Shown: positions 19,769-29,652 of the stretch, in pieces
How the letters are laid out: every line of letters begins with the position of its first letter
Numbering within the stretch: position 1 is the stretch's first letter
From: Thermoanaerobaculia bacterium
GTDB taxonomy: Bacteria > Acidobacteriota > Thermoanaerobaculia > Multivoradales > Multivoraceae
Direction of reading: 5' to 3'
Assembly (NCBI GenBank): GCA_963664405.1
Contig: OY761158.1
Span: 3,168,001-3,232,000 of the forward strand
DNA length: 64,000 nt
Made by a program: the position numbers and the translations under genes
Notes under the pieces: model-generated
Told to the model about the DNA's origin: nothing
Databases searched by the model: none
The model's input: only the letters and a program-made list of their open reading frames with translations

Positions 19769-19892
19769 GCAGTAAGCAGTAAGAAGTAAAGGCAGGGAGC
19801 GGAGAGAAGGCAGTATTACTTCTTACTGACTACTGTTTACTTCTTTACTCCGGCTCCCCTTCCCTGTCTTCACTGCTTACTGCTTACTCCTC
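19760..19892. repeat. Imperfect inverted repeat of AGTAAGC/GCTTACT heptamers between convergent genes; possible bidirectional terminator
   Basis: AGTAAGC-AGTAAGC-AGTAAG on the left arm and CTGCTTACTGCTTACT on the right; both TAA stop codons lie in the heptamers. Confidence 0.65.
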
Positions 19893-20935
19893 CCCTCAAG
19901 CACAGCGGCGAAGATCAAGGGCGCGACGATCGTCGCATCTGACTCGATCAAAAACATCGGAGTCTCCGCATCGAGCTTTCCCCAGGTGATCTTCTCGCTC
20001 GGGTAGGCACCCGAGTACGAACCGTAGCTGGTGGTCGAATCGGAGATCTGACAGAAGTAGCCCCAGTAAGGACAATCGCGGCGTAGATCCTGCCGGATCA
20101 TCGGCACTACACAGATCGGAAAATCGCCCGCTATGCCCCCCCCGATCTGGAAGAAGCCCATAGTTCGCACTGTCTGTTCCCGGGAGACGTCGAGATCGTC
20201 ACCGAGATCGTTTGAAGGAGTGGCCGCGAGTCTCTCGAGATCGGCAAGCGGTTTCTCCATCGTACGAGCCGCGTACCACTCGGCGAGAGCCGCCATCGTC
20301 TCTACGCCGGTCCGCATCGCTTCGTGGCTTTCGAGCGAGCCATCGATCACTCTGGCCGCAAAGACATTTCCGAGCGTCGAGTCCTCCCAGCCTGGAACAA
20401 AGAGAGGCAGATCGCGCTCTTGAGCAGCCACCAGCCAGCTGTCGCGAGGGTCGATCTGATAGCTGCTCTCGAGCGCGCCACTCGCGAGCAATTGGTAGAG
20501 GTGCTCGTGGGGGAAGCACCTCCGGCCTGCACTCTCTGCTGCTTTCCACAGCTCGAGGAGCGGTCCCTCCACTGCCCTAAAAGCCTCCTCCTCAGGAATG
20601 CAGGTGTCGGTGACCCGATTCAGCCCCTTCCGCGCCAGCTCCTTCTCGTCTCCAGCCGTCAGGTTGCGCCACGCTGGTACCCGAACATAGTGATCGTGGG
20701 CAACGAGGTTGAACAGATCTTCTTCCAGGTTCGCTCCGGTGCACGAGATCGCGTGAACTTTCTCGCGGCGGATCATCTCCGCCAAGGACACTCCAAGCTC
20801 AGCCGTAGACATCGCACCGGCGACCGCCATCAACATCTCTCCGCCCGAGGCAAGATGTTCGATGTAGCCCTCGGCCGCCTCCCTCAAAGTGGCCGCGTTG
20901 AAGTGGAGATAGTTACGCCGTAGGAATTCCCTCAT
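19877..20935 (-). CDS. Deoxyhypusine synthase-like protein (probable homospermidine synthase)
   Basis: GAMSTAELG, TGANLEED, GWEDSTLGN, QIGGGIAGDFPICVVP, GSYSGA..EKITWGK (catalytic Lys position). Confidence 0.9.
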   Translation of the reverse strand: MREFLRRNYLHFNAATLREAAEGYIEHLASGGEMLMAVAGAMSTAELGVSLAEMIRREKVHAISCTGANLEEDLFNLVAHDHYVRVPAWRNLTAGDEKELARKGLNRVTDTCIPEEEAFRAVEGPLLELWKAAESAGRRCFPHEHLYQLLASGALESSYQIDPRDSWLVAAQERDLPLFVPGWEDSTLGNVFAARVIDGSLESHEAMRTGVETMAALAEWYAARTMEKPLADLERLAATPSNDLGDDLDVSREQTVRTMGFFQIGGGIAGDFPICVVPMIRQDLRRDCPYWGYFCQISDSTTSYGSYSGAYPSEKITWGKLDAETPMFLIESDATIVAPLIFAAVLEGRSKQ

Positions 20936-21060
20936 CTAGGCCCTTTACTCTCAGCGCCCAGCCCAACGTTCCACTCGGTAAGCTCACCCAGCCGTCTCCG
21001 AAGCCAGGCGTTCGTCCGTTCCTCGGACGGACGCCACGCGCCGTCCTCGGCGCCAGACAA

Positions 21061-21099
21061 CAACAAAGGTCGGGGAATGGTACACACCATTCCCCGGCC
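21061..21099 (-). terminator. Intrinsic terminator after ftsZ
   Basis: 14-bp stem GGCCGGGGAATGGT-gtgt-ACCATTCCCCGACC followed by TTTGTTG on the minus strand, right after the ftsZ stop. Confidence 0.7.
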
Positions 21100-22422
21100 T
21101 CAGTCCATCTGCTTGCGCAGCACGGTAGGGATGTCGAAATCATCGACACCTGACCAATTCGGACCGAAGCCCCCCTTGTCCTTGTCGTGGTTGTGCGCCA
21201 GTACTTTGCGGTAGAACGGAAGCTCCTCCTCAGCCTCGGCTTCGGCCTCCAGCTCTTCAGGCGGCCGCACCTCTGGAGCGCCGGCCAACTCCATCTGATC
21301 GAGCGGTTCAGCTTCCTTGACCGGAGCCTCCTCCTGTGACCGTGGCCACATCGAGGCCGGTTCGTCATCCTCCTCGGAGCGAAGAACACTGGCAGAGGGC
21401 GAGATCTCCGGCTCGAACGCCTGGTCTCCGTCCTTGAAGCCGGTGGCGATCACCGTGACTTTGATCTCGTCGGCCATTTCATCGTCGATGACCAAACCGG
21501 AGATGATGTTCGCGTCGGGATCGACCATGTCGGAAATGGTCCGCGCCGCCTCCGCCACTTCGTGCAAAGTGATGTCGCCGCCGCCGGTAATGTTGATGAG
21601 CACACCGCGGGCGCCCTGGATGCTGGTCTCTTCCAGCAGAGGAGACGAGACTGCAGCCTGCGCGGCCTCGATCGCTCGACTCTCTCCCTTGGCCAGGCCA
21701 GTGCCCATGAGCGCGATACCCATGCCGCTCATGATCGTGCGCACATCTGCGAAGTCCGCATTGACCTCACCAGGGATGGTAATCAGGTCACTGATACCCT
21801 GAACGCCCTGACGCAAGACATCGTCGGCGATGAGGAAGGCCTCGGCGAGGGGAGTCCCGCGGTCGACGAAGTTCAGAAGACGTTCGTTGGGAATAGCGAT
21901 CACCGTATCGACCGACTCGCGAAGCTCGTCGAGCCCCTTCGCCGCCAGGTGCATGCGCCTACGTCCTTCGAACGAGAAGGGTTTGGTGACCACGGCAACG
22001 GTGAGAGCACCGACTTCCGCAGCCAACGAGGCGATGACCGTGATCGCGCCGGTGCCGGTTCCGCCGCCCAGGCCGGCGGCGAGAAAGATCATGTCGGAGC
22101 CATCGAGAAGCTCGAGTATGCGCTCCGAGTCCTCCAGTGCAGCCTTGCGACCGATCTCGGGATCAGAGCCCGCGCCCAGGCCGCGAGTGATCAGCTTCCC
22201 CAATTGAAGCCGCGTCGGCGCGCGGCACTTACTGAGAGCCTGGGTGTCTGTATTAGCTGCAATGAACTCGACGCCGTTGAGCTTGGAGTCGATCATTCGA
22301 TTCACCGCGTTGCCGCCACCACCACCCACACCAATGACCTTGATGTCGGCAGGAAGAACCTCCCGGTTCTCCATGCTGATGGCCAATCCTGCGTCACTCT
22401 TCTGCTCGTCGAATAGGATCAT
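21100..22422 (-). CDS. ftsZ: Cell division protein FtsZ
   Basis: [31 protein letters not shown]-terminal [11 protein letters not shown]; AAAGGGG RBS before ATG 22422. Confidence 0.98.
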   Translation of the reverse strand: MILFDEQKSDAGLAISMENREVLPADIKVIGVGGGGGNAVNRMIDSKLNGVEFIAANTDTQALSKCRAPTRLQLGKLITRGLGAGSDPEIGRKAALEDSERILELLDGSDMIFLAAGLGGGTGTGAITVIASLAAEVGALTVAVVTKPFSFEGRRRMHLAAKGLDELRESVDTVIAIPNERLLNFVDRGTPLAEAFLIADDVLRQGVQGISDLITIPGEVNADFADVRTIMSGMGIALMGTGLAKGESRAIEAAQAAVSSPLLEETSIQGARGVLINITGGGDITLHEVAEAARTISDMVDPDANIISGLVIDDEMADEIKVTVIATGFKDGDQAFEPEISPSASVLRSEEDDEPASMWPRSQEEAPVKEAEPLDQMELAGAPEVRPPEELEAEAEAEEELPFYRKVLAHNHDKDKGGFGPNWSGVDDFDIPTVLRKQMD

Positions 22423-22485
22423 CCGCCAACCCCTTTCTCGGGCTTTATTCTCATGTCTACGATTCACTGAGCTCTATTTGCCGGC

Positions 22486-24444
22486 CTAGAGTATCTCTTC
22501 CGCCTCTAAATAGGTGTAGCCCTTCAGCTCAGCTTCGTAGTGGTCGACAATGGCTTGAGCTTCTTCTTCGCTGAGCCGGCCGCTGGCGACCGCCCGCTGT
22601 GTCGTAGCCCGAAGCCGCGATCGGAGAGCGTTTACGTCGTACTGGAGATAAGAGAGGACTTCGGCCGCAGTGTCCCCGGCGACGGCCTCGTCGATCACCA
22701 CTTGTCCCTCATCGCCGAGACTCAGGTGTACGACGTGGGTGTCGCCGAAGAGGTTGTGAAGATCGCCGAGGGTCTCCTGGTAGGCGCCGGTGAGGAAAAC
22801 TCCGAGGTAGTATTCCTCGCCCGGGCGGAGCTCGTGGAGGGGTAGTGTGCGCTCGATGTCGCGTAGGGCGACGAAGCGATCGATCTTGCCGTCGGAGTCG
22901 CAGGTCATATCGGCAAGGACCCCGCGCCGCGTCGGCTTCTCGTCGAGTCGATGGATCGGAGCGATGGGGAAGAGCTGATTGATTGCCCAGGAGTCCGGAA
23001 GAGATTGGAAAACGGAAAAGTTGCAGAAGTAGATGTCGGCCAAGATGCGCTCCAGCTCTTCGAGCTCTTCCGGCATCGAGGGCATGCTCTGGGCGAGTCG
23101 ATAGATCGCGGCGCAGGTGGTCCAGAAGAGGCGCTCACAAAAGCCTCGCCACGTGAGTGACAGATAGCCGAGGTTGAAGAGATTCAGCGCTTGCTCATAA
23201 GCCTGGAGCGCTCCGTGGTAGCACTCGACGGCGCGGCGCTCCTCGAGTTGGCGGTGAGACTCGATGAGGTCCAAAACGGGTTGGGCGATCTCCGCTTGGC
23301 CGATCTCCTCGAGATCCTCAGGTACGGCGAAGTCGTCGAGCCCCGATCTACCCACGACATTGACGATGAGCAGGCTCTGGTAGGCCGCGATGGCGCGACC
23401 CGACTCGGTGACGATCGTCGGATGGGGGATCCTCTTCTCGTTGCACACTGACGTGACTCGATAGACGACCTCACTGGCGTACTCGCTCAGGCTGTAATTC
23501 CTCGATGAAGGGAAGTTGGTCTTGGACCCGTCGTAGTCCACGGCGAGGCCGCCACCGACGTCGAGATAGCGCAGTCCCTCGGCCCCCATCCGTACCAGCT
23601 CGGCGTAGATGTGCGTGAGCTCACCGATCGCATCCTTGACCCGTCGGATGTCGTGCAATTGGCTGCCGACGTGACAGTGCAGCAGCTCGAGGCAGTCCTC
23701 CAGCCCGCGCGAGCGGAGCCGCTCCGCGAGCTCGATGACCTCGCTGACAAAGAGACCGAATTTGGACTTGACCCCCGACGAACCCCGCCACCGGCCGGCG
23801 CCTTCGCTCGATAGCTTGACCCTGACGCCGAGACGAGGGCGAAGGCCCTGCTCCTCGGCGTTACGCAGGATGAGCTCGAGCTCGTCGAGCTTTTCTACCA
23901 CCGGGACGATGTCGCGCCCGAGCTTTTGCGCCAGCGTTACCGTCTTTATGTAGTCGTTGTCTTTGAACCCGTTGCAGAGAATCAGCCTGGGCCCTGGATC
24001 ATCGGCCATGGCCATGACCGCCAGCAGCTCCGGCTTCGAGCCCACTTCCAGGCCGAAGCCGTAGGCCCGGCCGTAGCGGTAGACCTCCTCGACCACGGCG
24101 CGCTGTTGGTTGACCTTGATCGGATAGACCGCCAGGTAGCCGCCCTGATACGCATTTGCTTCGATCGCGGTATCGAAGGCGTCGCGAAGCGCGCCGAGTC
24201 GATGGCTCAGCAGATTGGAGAAGCGCAACAAGATCGGTGCAGTGGTGCCTTGCTGGGCGAGACTTTCGATGATTTCGAGTACGTCGATCTCACGTTGGTC
24301 GTCTTTCTCCGGCCGAACGACGAGATGACCGTCGCTCCTGATGGCGAAATAGCCCTGACTCCACCCGTCGATCTGATAGAGCTCGGCGGCGTCCTCGGGT
24401 GTCCAGGACCGCTCTAGTGGCGAGCCTCTCGCGATAGTGCCCAC
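22486..24444 (-). CDS. speA: Biosynthetic arginine decarboxylase
   Basis: YPIKVNQ (PLP lysine), GLEVGSKPEL, HCHVGSQ, DVGGGL, ESGRA, TCDSDG, GAYQETLGDLHNLFG, GYTYLE. Confidence 0.96.
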   Translation of the reverse strand: MGTIARGSPLERSWTPEDAAELYQIDGWSQGYFAIRSDGHLVVRPEKDDQREIDVLEIIESLAQQGTTAPILLRFSNLLSHRLGALRDAFDTAIEANAYQGGYLAVYPIKVNQQRAVVEEVYRYGRAYGFGLEVGSKPELLAVMAMADDPGPRLILCNGFKDNDYIKTVTLAQKLGRDIVPVVEKLDELELILRNAEEQGLRPRLGVRVKLSSEGAGRWRGSSGVKSKFGLFVSEVIELAERLRSRGLEDCLELLHCHVGSQLHDIRRVKDAIGELTHIYAELVRMGAEGLRYLDVGGGLAVDYDGSKTNFPSSRNYSLSEYASEVVYRVTSVCNEKRIPHPTIVTESGRAIAAYQSLLIVNVVGRSGLDDFAVPEDLEEIGQAEIAQPVLDLIESHRQLEERRAVECYHGALQAYEQALNLFNLGYLSLTWRGFCERLFWTTCAAIYRLAQSMPSMPEELEELERILADIYFCNFSVFQSLPDSWAINQLFPIAPIHRLDEKPTRRGVLADMTCDSDGKIDRFVALRDIERTLPLHELRPGEEYYLGVFLTGAYQETLGDLHNLFGDTHVVHLSLGDEGQVVIDEAVAGDTAAEVLSYLQYDVNALRSRLRATTQRAVASGRLSEEEAQAIVDHYEAELKGYTYLEAEEIL

Positions 24445-24532
24445 CGGGCGATTCTACGCGCTCCAATCACTTCCGGAGGACGCACCGTCCCGGCGCCAGA
24501 AATTGATTCCCAAGATGAGGCGGAACTCCCGA

Positions 24533-24700
24533 CTTGTGGACCGTAACACCCAAACGTTTAGCGCCTGAGCGGCCCTCGCGGCCGATCTCTGCGTTACGCT
24601 TCCTCGACATAGTCCCCGCTATGCCTGCGTCAGCGCGCCTTGATCTCGACCACGAATGACTCACTCAGCCACTAAACGTTCGAGTGTTACGGTCCACTAG
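24533..24700. mobile_element. 168-bp palindromic MITE-like element
   Basis: Arms CTTGTGGACCGTAACACCCAAACGTTTAG / CTAAACGTTCGAGTGTTACGGTCCACTAG; central GACATAG-CTATGCC hairpin; right 68 bp recur at 48213-48280. Confidence 0.75.
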
Positions 24701-25850
24701 CGCTTGAGGCCCAGCAGGTCCCGCGCGACCACCCAGCGGTGGACCTCGGAGGGACCGTCATAGATGCGCATGGTGCGCACCTGCGACGACAGCAGGTGAA
24801 GGGGTAGCTCTTTCGTCATGCCCATCGCGCCAAATACCTGCATCGCCTTGTCGAGCACGTCATAGGCCATCTCGGTGGCGAAGAACTTTGCCATCGAGAG
24901 GTCGGTGCGCACGTTCATGCCTTGATCCAGCTTCCAAGCGGTCTCGTAGGCCATGAGCCTTGCCGAGCGGATCTTTACGGCTGAATCGGCCACCCACCAC
25001 TGGATCGTCTGGCGCTCCGAGAGCGGCGCTCCGAAGGTCTCGCGCTGCGGGGCGAATTCGCAGACCATCCTCAAGGCGCGCTCGGCAATTCCAACGCACC
25101 ACGAGACCATCTCCAGCCGTCGGGTCGACAATCGAATCTGCATCGGTGCGAAACCCTTACCCTCCGGTCCGAGCATGTTGGCGTCGGGGACTCGGCAGTC
25201 TTCCAGGGCGACCTCGTAGGTGAAGGAGCCGCCGATCATGGGGATGCGGCGCAGGACGTTGAACCCTGGGGTGCCCTTGTCGATGAGAAACCCCGAGATA
25301 CCACCGCGTGATCGGTCACCGCCATCAAGATGGTGAAGTCGGCCTCAGCTGCCCGGCTGATCCAGATCTTGCGACCGTTGATGACCCAGTCGTCGCCGTC
25401 GCGCACCGCTCGAGTGGTCATTCCAGCCGGGTCCGAGCCGGCGCCGGGCTCGGAGATGCCGATGGCCGAGACCGTTCCTCCCCGGACGTAGGGCTCGAGG
25501 TAGCGCTCGCGCTGGTCCTCGTTCGCCGCCGCCATGAGCATGCGTAGATTCGGTGAGTCAGGGGGCAGGGTATAGGGCGTCACGGTGCGCCCCATTTCGA
25601 TGTTGATGCCGATCATCGCGACGGTCGGGAGGTCCAGGCCTCCGACGTCCTCCGGCGCGTCGAGGCCCCAGAGCTCGAGCTCCCGGGTCTTCTCATCGAT
25701 CGGCGCCTTCTCTTCGGGCGTGAGGTAAGCGCCTTCTCCCTTGGCGTCGCGCTCGAGGACCCGGGACTCGAGCGGCATCAGCTCTTCGTTTACGAAGCGC
25801 CGCACGACGTCTTGGAGCATCTTGTGCTCGCCGGCCAGTTCGAAGTTCAT
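24697..25850 (-). pseudogene. Acyl-CoA dehydrogenase with a frameshift near 25308
   Basis: N-part (SEPGAGSD, WVINGRKIWIS, MAVTD) continues in another frame as RGGISGFLIDKGTPGF...RIYDGPSEVH; apparent short deletion. Confidence 0.85.
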
Positions 25851-25864
25851 AGTGCAGTACTCCT

Positions 25865-27793
25865 CTACATGCGTTCGGGAACCGGGATCCCCAGGATCTC
25901 CATGAGGTTTCCCAGGCCCTGGCGAAAGATCTTCATGGTTGCGAGACGAGTGTGGCGGAGGGTCTCGTCACTCTCGTGGAGGATCGGATGGCGATGATAG
26001 ATGCCGTGGAACTTCCTCGCCAGATCGATGGCATGGCGCGCCACCAGAGAGAGCTCGAGCGAGGCGCCGGCCTTCTCCAGCGTCTCCGAGATCCTCGACA
26101 CCGAGAGGTTCAGATCCCAGAGGTCATCGGCCCAGATCTCGCCAGCCTGGTCTCGCAGACGGGCCGCGTCTACCTCGAAGGAGTGTCCCGCCGCTTCGAG
26201 CTTGCGACGGATGTTTGCTTCTCGCACCATCGAGTACTGGAGGTAGGGGCCGGTCTCACCTTCGAAGTTGAGTGCCTCCTCGAAGTCGAAGGCGATCACC
26301 CGAGTCGTCGTTGCCTTGACCATCAGGAAGCGCAGCGCACCGACAGCGATCTTGCGGCTCAGGGCGTCGAGCTCCTCTTCGGAGAGCTCACGGTTGCGCT
26401 CAGCGATGCCGTCGCGTGCCTTGTTTTCGAGCTGGTCGAGAAGATCGTCCGCCTTGACTCCGATCCCCTTTCGGCCGGACATCACCGTGACCGTCTCGCT
26501 CTCTTCTCCACCTCCCCCCGCGACACCGAGTTGGCGGGTCGCGGCGGGAGAGAGGGCCACCATCTCGTAGGCGAAGTGAATGCTATTCGCGGCCTCTTCG
26601 GCGTAGCCGAGCGCTTCGAGTCCCGCCTGAACGATTTTCTGGAGATAGCTCTGCCTGGCGTCGATGACGTTGACGACTCGCGCGCCGTTGCCGAAAGAGG
26701 GAGCCTCCTCCGGAGCGTCGGTCGCCGCCGTCTCCCACACCCCTTCCTCGCGCCAGCGGTGGTAAGTGAAATCGCTGCCGAGCACCCCGAACTTCCACAT
26801 CTGGTAGGCGATGTCCTTGCCGACATAGGTAACAGTGCCATCGGAGCGGACGATGACCTTGTCCGGATCCTCGAGACCGGCGAAGGCCTCACTCTCCGAG
26901 AGCGGCATGATCCAGCATCCGGCATTCTTGCCGCTCGTCTCGAGGCGCACCGCTCCCGTCGCCTTGAGCTTCTCGAAGGCTTGGTCGAAGAAGCCGAGGC
27001 GAATGATCTCGCTCTCGCGGGTGAGCAGGTCATAGCCGACCCCGAGGCGTGCCATGGTGGCAAGGTGTCGGTGAACAATGCGCTTGGCGACCAGGTTCCC
27101 CACCTGCGCTCGCTCGCCTTCCCCACTCTCCAGAGCATGAAGGGTCCGGCTTCGTAGCTCCGAGCGCGAAGGGTCTTCCTCGAGCCAGAGGCCGACCTCG
27201 GCGTAGAGATCCCAGCAGTAGAAATCGAAGGGCTCGGCGAGAGCCTGCACATCTTCGAGGCTCATGCCGCGGAGGTCGACGAAGCCCACGATCACATCGG
27301 CAAGCTGGACCCCGGTGTCGTCGATGTAGTTTTGGACCTCGACGGGAAAGCTCAGCGCTTTCAGAGTCGAGGTCAGGACGTCTCCTAGAACGGCGTTGCG
27401 CAGGTGACCGATGTGGGCTGCCTTGTTGGGGTTGATGTTGGTGTGCTCGACGACGACCTTGAGAGGTTTCTCAGTCGGCGGGGGAATCAGGGTGGTCTCG
27501 AGTAGCTCCGCGGTGAAGTGGCTGCGCTGTAGGAAGAAGCCGAGATAGCCCGGACCCTCGACAGAGACCCGCTCCACCGCCGGAGGCAGGGTCAGCCCCT
27601 CTGCGATCTCTTCGGCGATGGCTCTGGGGTTGCGCTTGAGACTGCGAGCGAGGTGGAGGGCCGAGGGCACGGCGAGGTCGCCAAGCTCGCGGCGGGGTGG
27701 AATCTCCACGACGGGCTCGTGCTCGATCTGGAATCGCTCTTGGACAACCCGGGAGAGCTCTTTCGCCAGCTCGCTCTTGATTCGCAGCAGCAT
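25865..27793 (-). CDS. argS: Arginyl-tRNA synthetase
   Basis: NPNKAAHIGHLRN (HIGH), MSGRKG, FEGETGPYLQY, C-terminal GIPVPERM. Confidence 0.95.
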   Translation of the reverse strand: MLLRIKSELAKELSRVVQERFQIEHEPVVEIPPRRELGDLAVPSALHLARSLKRNPRAIAEEIAEGLTLPPAVERVSVEGPGYLGFFLQRSHFTAELLETTLIPPPTEKPLKVVVEHTNINPNKAAHIGHLRNAVLGDVLTSTLKALSFPVEVQNYIDDTGVQLADVIVGFVDLRGMSLEDVQALAEPFDFYCWDLYAEVGLWLEEDPSRSELRSRTLHALESGEGERAQVGNLVAKRIVHRHLATMARLGVGYDLLTRESEIIRLGFFDQAFEKLKATGAVRLETSGKNAGCWIMPLSESEAFAGLEDPDKVIVRSDGTVTYVGKDIAYQMWKFGVLGSDFTYHRWREEGVWETAATDAPEEAPSFGNGARVVNVIDARQSYLQKIVQAGLEALGYAEEAANSIHFAYEMVALSPAATRQLGVAGGGGEESETVTVMSGRKGIGVKADDLLDQLENKARDGIAERNRELSEEELDALSRKIAVGALRFLMVKATTTRVIAFDFEEALNFEGETGPYLQYSMVREANIRRKLEAAGHSFEVDAARLRDQAGEIWADDLWDLNLSVSRISETLEKAGASLELSLVARHAIDLARKFHGIYHRHPILHESDETLRHTRLATMKIFRQGLGNLMEILGIPVPERM

Positions 27794-27912
27794 GGTGCGG
27801 CGCAGTTTAGCCTGCCTCTTCCAGCGCCGCCAGAGCCCCCCATCGACCCTGTTGGTGGTCTTCGAGAGGCGGGGAGGCGTTTTTGGACCAGAATGCGATA
27901 AAATAAGTGCTT

Positions 27913-28476
27913 ATGGCGGAAAAGACGGCTGTCAAAGCAGTAAACCGGGTTGCGTTCAAGATGAACGACACACTTCTCGAGCTTCTCGAGGGGGACATCA
28001 CAGATCTCGACGTTGACGCGATTGTCAACGCGGCCAATAAAGATCTGATCATGGGAAGCGGGGTCGCGGGTGCGATCCTCAGTCGCGGGGGTGAGTCGAT
28101 CCAGATGGAGTGCTCACGCATCGGCGGCACCGACGTTGGAACTTCGGTCATGACCACAGCTGGAACGCTGTTGGCGAAACGAGTGATTCACTCGGTCGGA
28201 CCGATCATGGGCGAGGGCGATGAAGACCGCAAGTTGGCCTCGGCGGTGCGATCAGCTCTTGCCCTGGCCGATCGGCACCGTCTTCGTTCCATCGGCATTC
28301 CGGCCATCTCGACCGGTACCTTCGGTTTCCCCACCGATCGTTGTGCGCGCATTCTGCTCACCGAGATCCACCGCTATCTCCAGGGTGGGACCAAGATCGA
28401 ACAGGTTGTCGTCTCTCTCTACAACAGCTCGATCTTCACCGTCTTCCAGCGCGAGCTACGCCGCGGCTTCAGGTAG
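27913..28476 (+). CDS. Macro domain protein (O-acetyl-ADP-ribose deacetylase-like)
   Basis: GDIT, DAIVNAAN, GSGVAGAI, VIHSVGP, PAISTGTFGFP. Confidence 0.92.
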   Translation: MAEKTAVKAVNRVAFKMNDTLLELLEGDITDLDVDAIVNAANKDLIMGSGVAGAILSRGGESIQMECSRIGGTDVGTSVMTTAGTLLAKRVIHSVGPIMGEGDEDRKLASAVRSALALADRHRLRSIGIPAISTGTFGFPTDRCARILLTEIHRYLQGGTKIEQVVVSLYNSSIFTVFQRELRRGFR

Positions 28477-29163
28477 CCCTAAGTAGACGACGCGACCCAC
28501 CTCGGGTGGAACCGCGCTTCTTCTCGAAGGAGAAGGGAGAAGAAGGCTCGTTCCGGACTCGCAGGCGTGTCTGGCGTCCGCGTATCTCCGAGCTAACGCA
28601 TGCCGGCCGTTCAGGGTGCCCCAGATCGCCGCAGCGCAGGAGCGAGGCGACGCAGCCGTTTGTTGTCTCTCTCTACAACAGCTCGATCTTCACGGTCTTC
28701 CAGCGCGAGCTACGCCGCGGCTTCAGGTAGCCCTAAGTAGACGACGCGACCCACCTCGGGTGGAACCGCGCTTCTTCTCGAAGGAGAAGGGAGAAGAAGG
28801 CTCGTTCCGGACTCGCAGGCGTGTCTGGCGTCCGCGTATCTCCGAGCTAACGCATGCCGGCCGTTCAGGGTGCCCCAGATCGCCGCAGCGCAGGAGCGAG
28901 GCGACGCAGCCGTTTGTTGTCTCTCTCTACAACAGCTCGATCTTCACGGTCTTCCAGCGCGAGCTACGCCGCGGCTTCAGGTAGCCCTAAGTAGACGACG
29001 CGACCCACCTCGGGTGGAACCGCGCTTCTTCTCGAAGGAGAAGGGAGAAGAAGGCTCGTTCCGGACTCGCAGGCGTGTCTGGCGTCCGCGTATCTCCGAG
29101 CTAACGCATGCCGGCCGTTCAGGGTGCCCCAGATCGCCGCAGCGCAGGAGCGAGGCGACGCAG
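28411..29163 (+). repeat. Tandem triplication of a 254-bp unit
   Basis: Units start at 28411, 28665 and 28919; each contains the 3' end of the macro gene plus the left half of a palindromic element. Confidence 0.95.
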
Positions 29164-29236
29164 GCGTACTCTGCGTACGCCGAGGAGCCGAGCGACGAGC
29201 ACGCGGTGAGGTGGGGTGCCCTGGACGGCCGGCTAG
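29110..29236. mobile_element. About 127-bp palindromic MITE-like element
   Basis: Arms GCCGGCCGTTCAGGGTGCCCCA / TGGGGTGCCCTGGACGGCCGGC-TAG; central GGCGTAC-tctgc-GTACGCC hairpin. Confidence 0.7.
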
Positions 29237-29652
29237 GACACGAAGTAGGCGCTGGCACGGATCTGGAGGCGGGAGCGGGCTTGGAAGCCGCCGCCGGCGA
29301 TGCAGAACGAGCTGACCGAGGCGAGGATCGGCAGCACGATCCAGCCGTCGAAGCGGTCGCCACCGTCGTAGGCCGGAACCACCGGCTCGACCTCTGCGAT
29401 TTTGGTCCAGTGCTCGTCTTCGGGGTCCAGAGATGCGCGGAGCTCGACGTAGGTTCGGTCGAGGTCGATGACGCTCTGGCTCGAAGGACACCAGAGCGAG
29501 AAGACGAATCGCACCTCGTCATAGGTGGCGGTGTCGAGCTGCGGGTCGGCGCTGTTGAGGAGCGGGAAGACAAAGGCGCCGTTGTTGTCGGTGGCGAAGA
29601 TCTCGGGCGCGGGATCGAAGAGGATCTGAAGGGATTTCGCGCCGGCGCTCAT
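29233..29652 (-). CDS. Hypothetical protein
   Basis: 139-aa ORF with ATGA overlap to maf, plausible composition; no family recognised. Confidence 0.65.
   Translation of the reverse strand: MSAGAKSLQILFDPAPEIFATDNNGAFVFPLLNSADPQLDTATYDEVRFVFSLWCPSSQSVIDLDRTYVELRASLDPEDEHWTKIAEVEPVVPAYDGGDRFDGWIVLPILASVSSFCIAGGGFQARSRLQIRASAYFVS

Noticed and set aside
21007-21035. Riboswitch upstream of the DHS-like gene
   Set aside because: Only a single GC-rich hairpin (GGCGTTCGTCCG-ttcct-CGGACGGACGCC); no known aptamer consensus recognised
18885-22494. Invertase-driven phase-variable switch
   Set aside because: Only 4 bp of inverted homology and no recombinase in the window; kept as an inversion but not called a switch
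28411-29163. CRISPR array or repeated small genes (ORFs 28616-28984, 28870-29742)
   Set aside because: These are whole 254-bp duplications; the ORFs are by-products that reuse the macro gene tail
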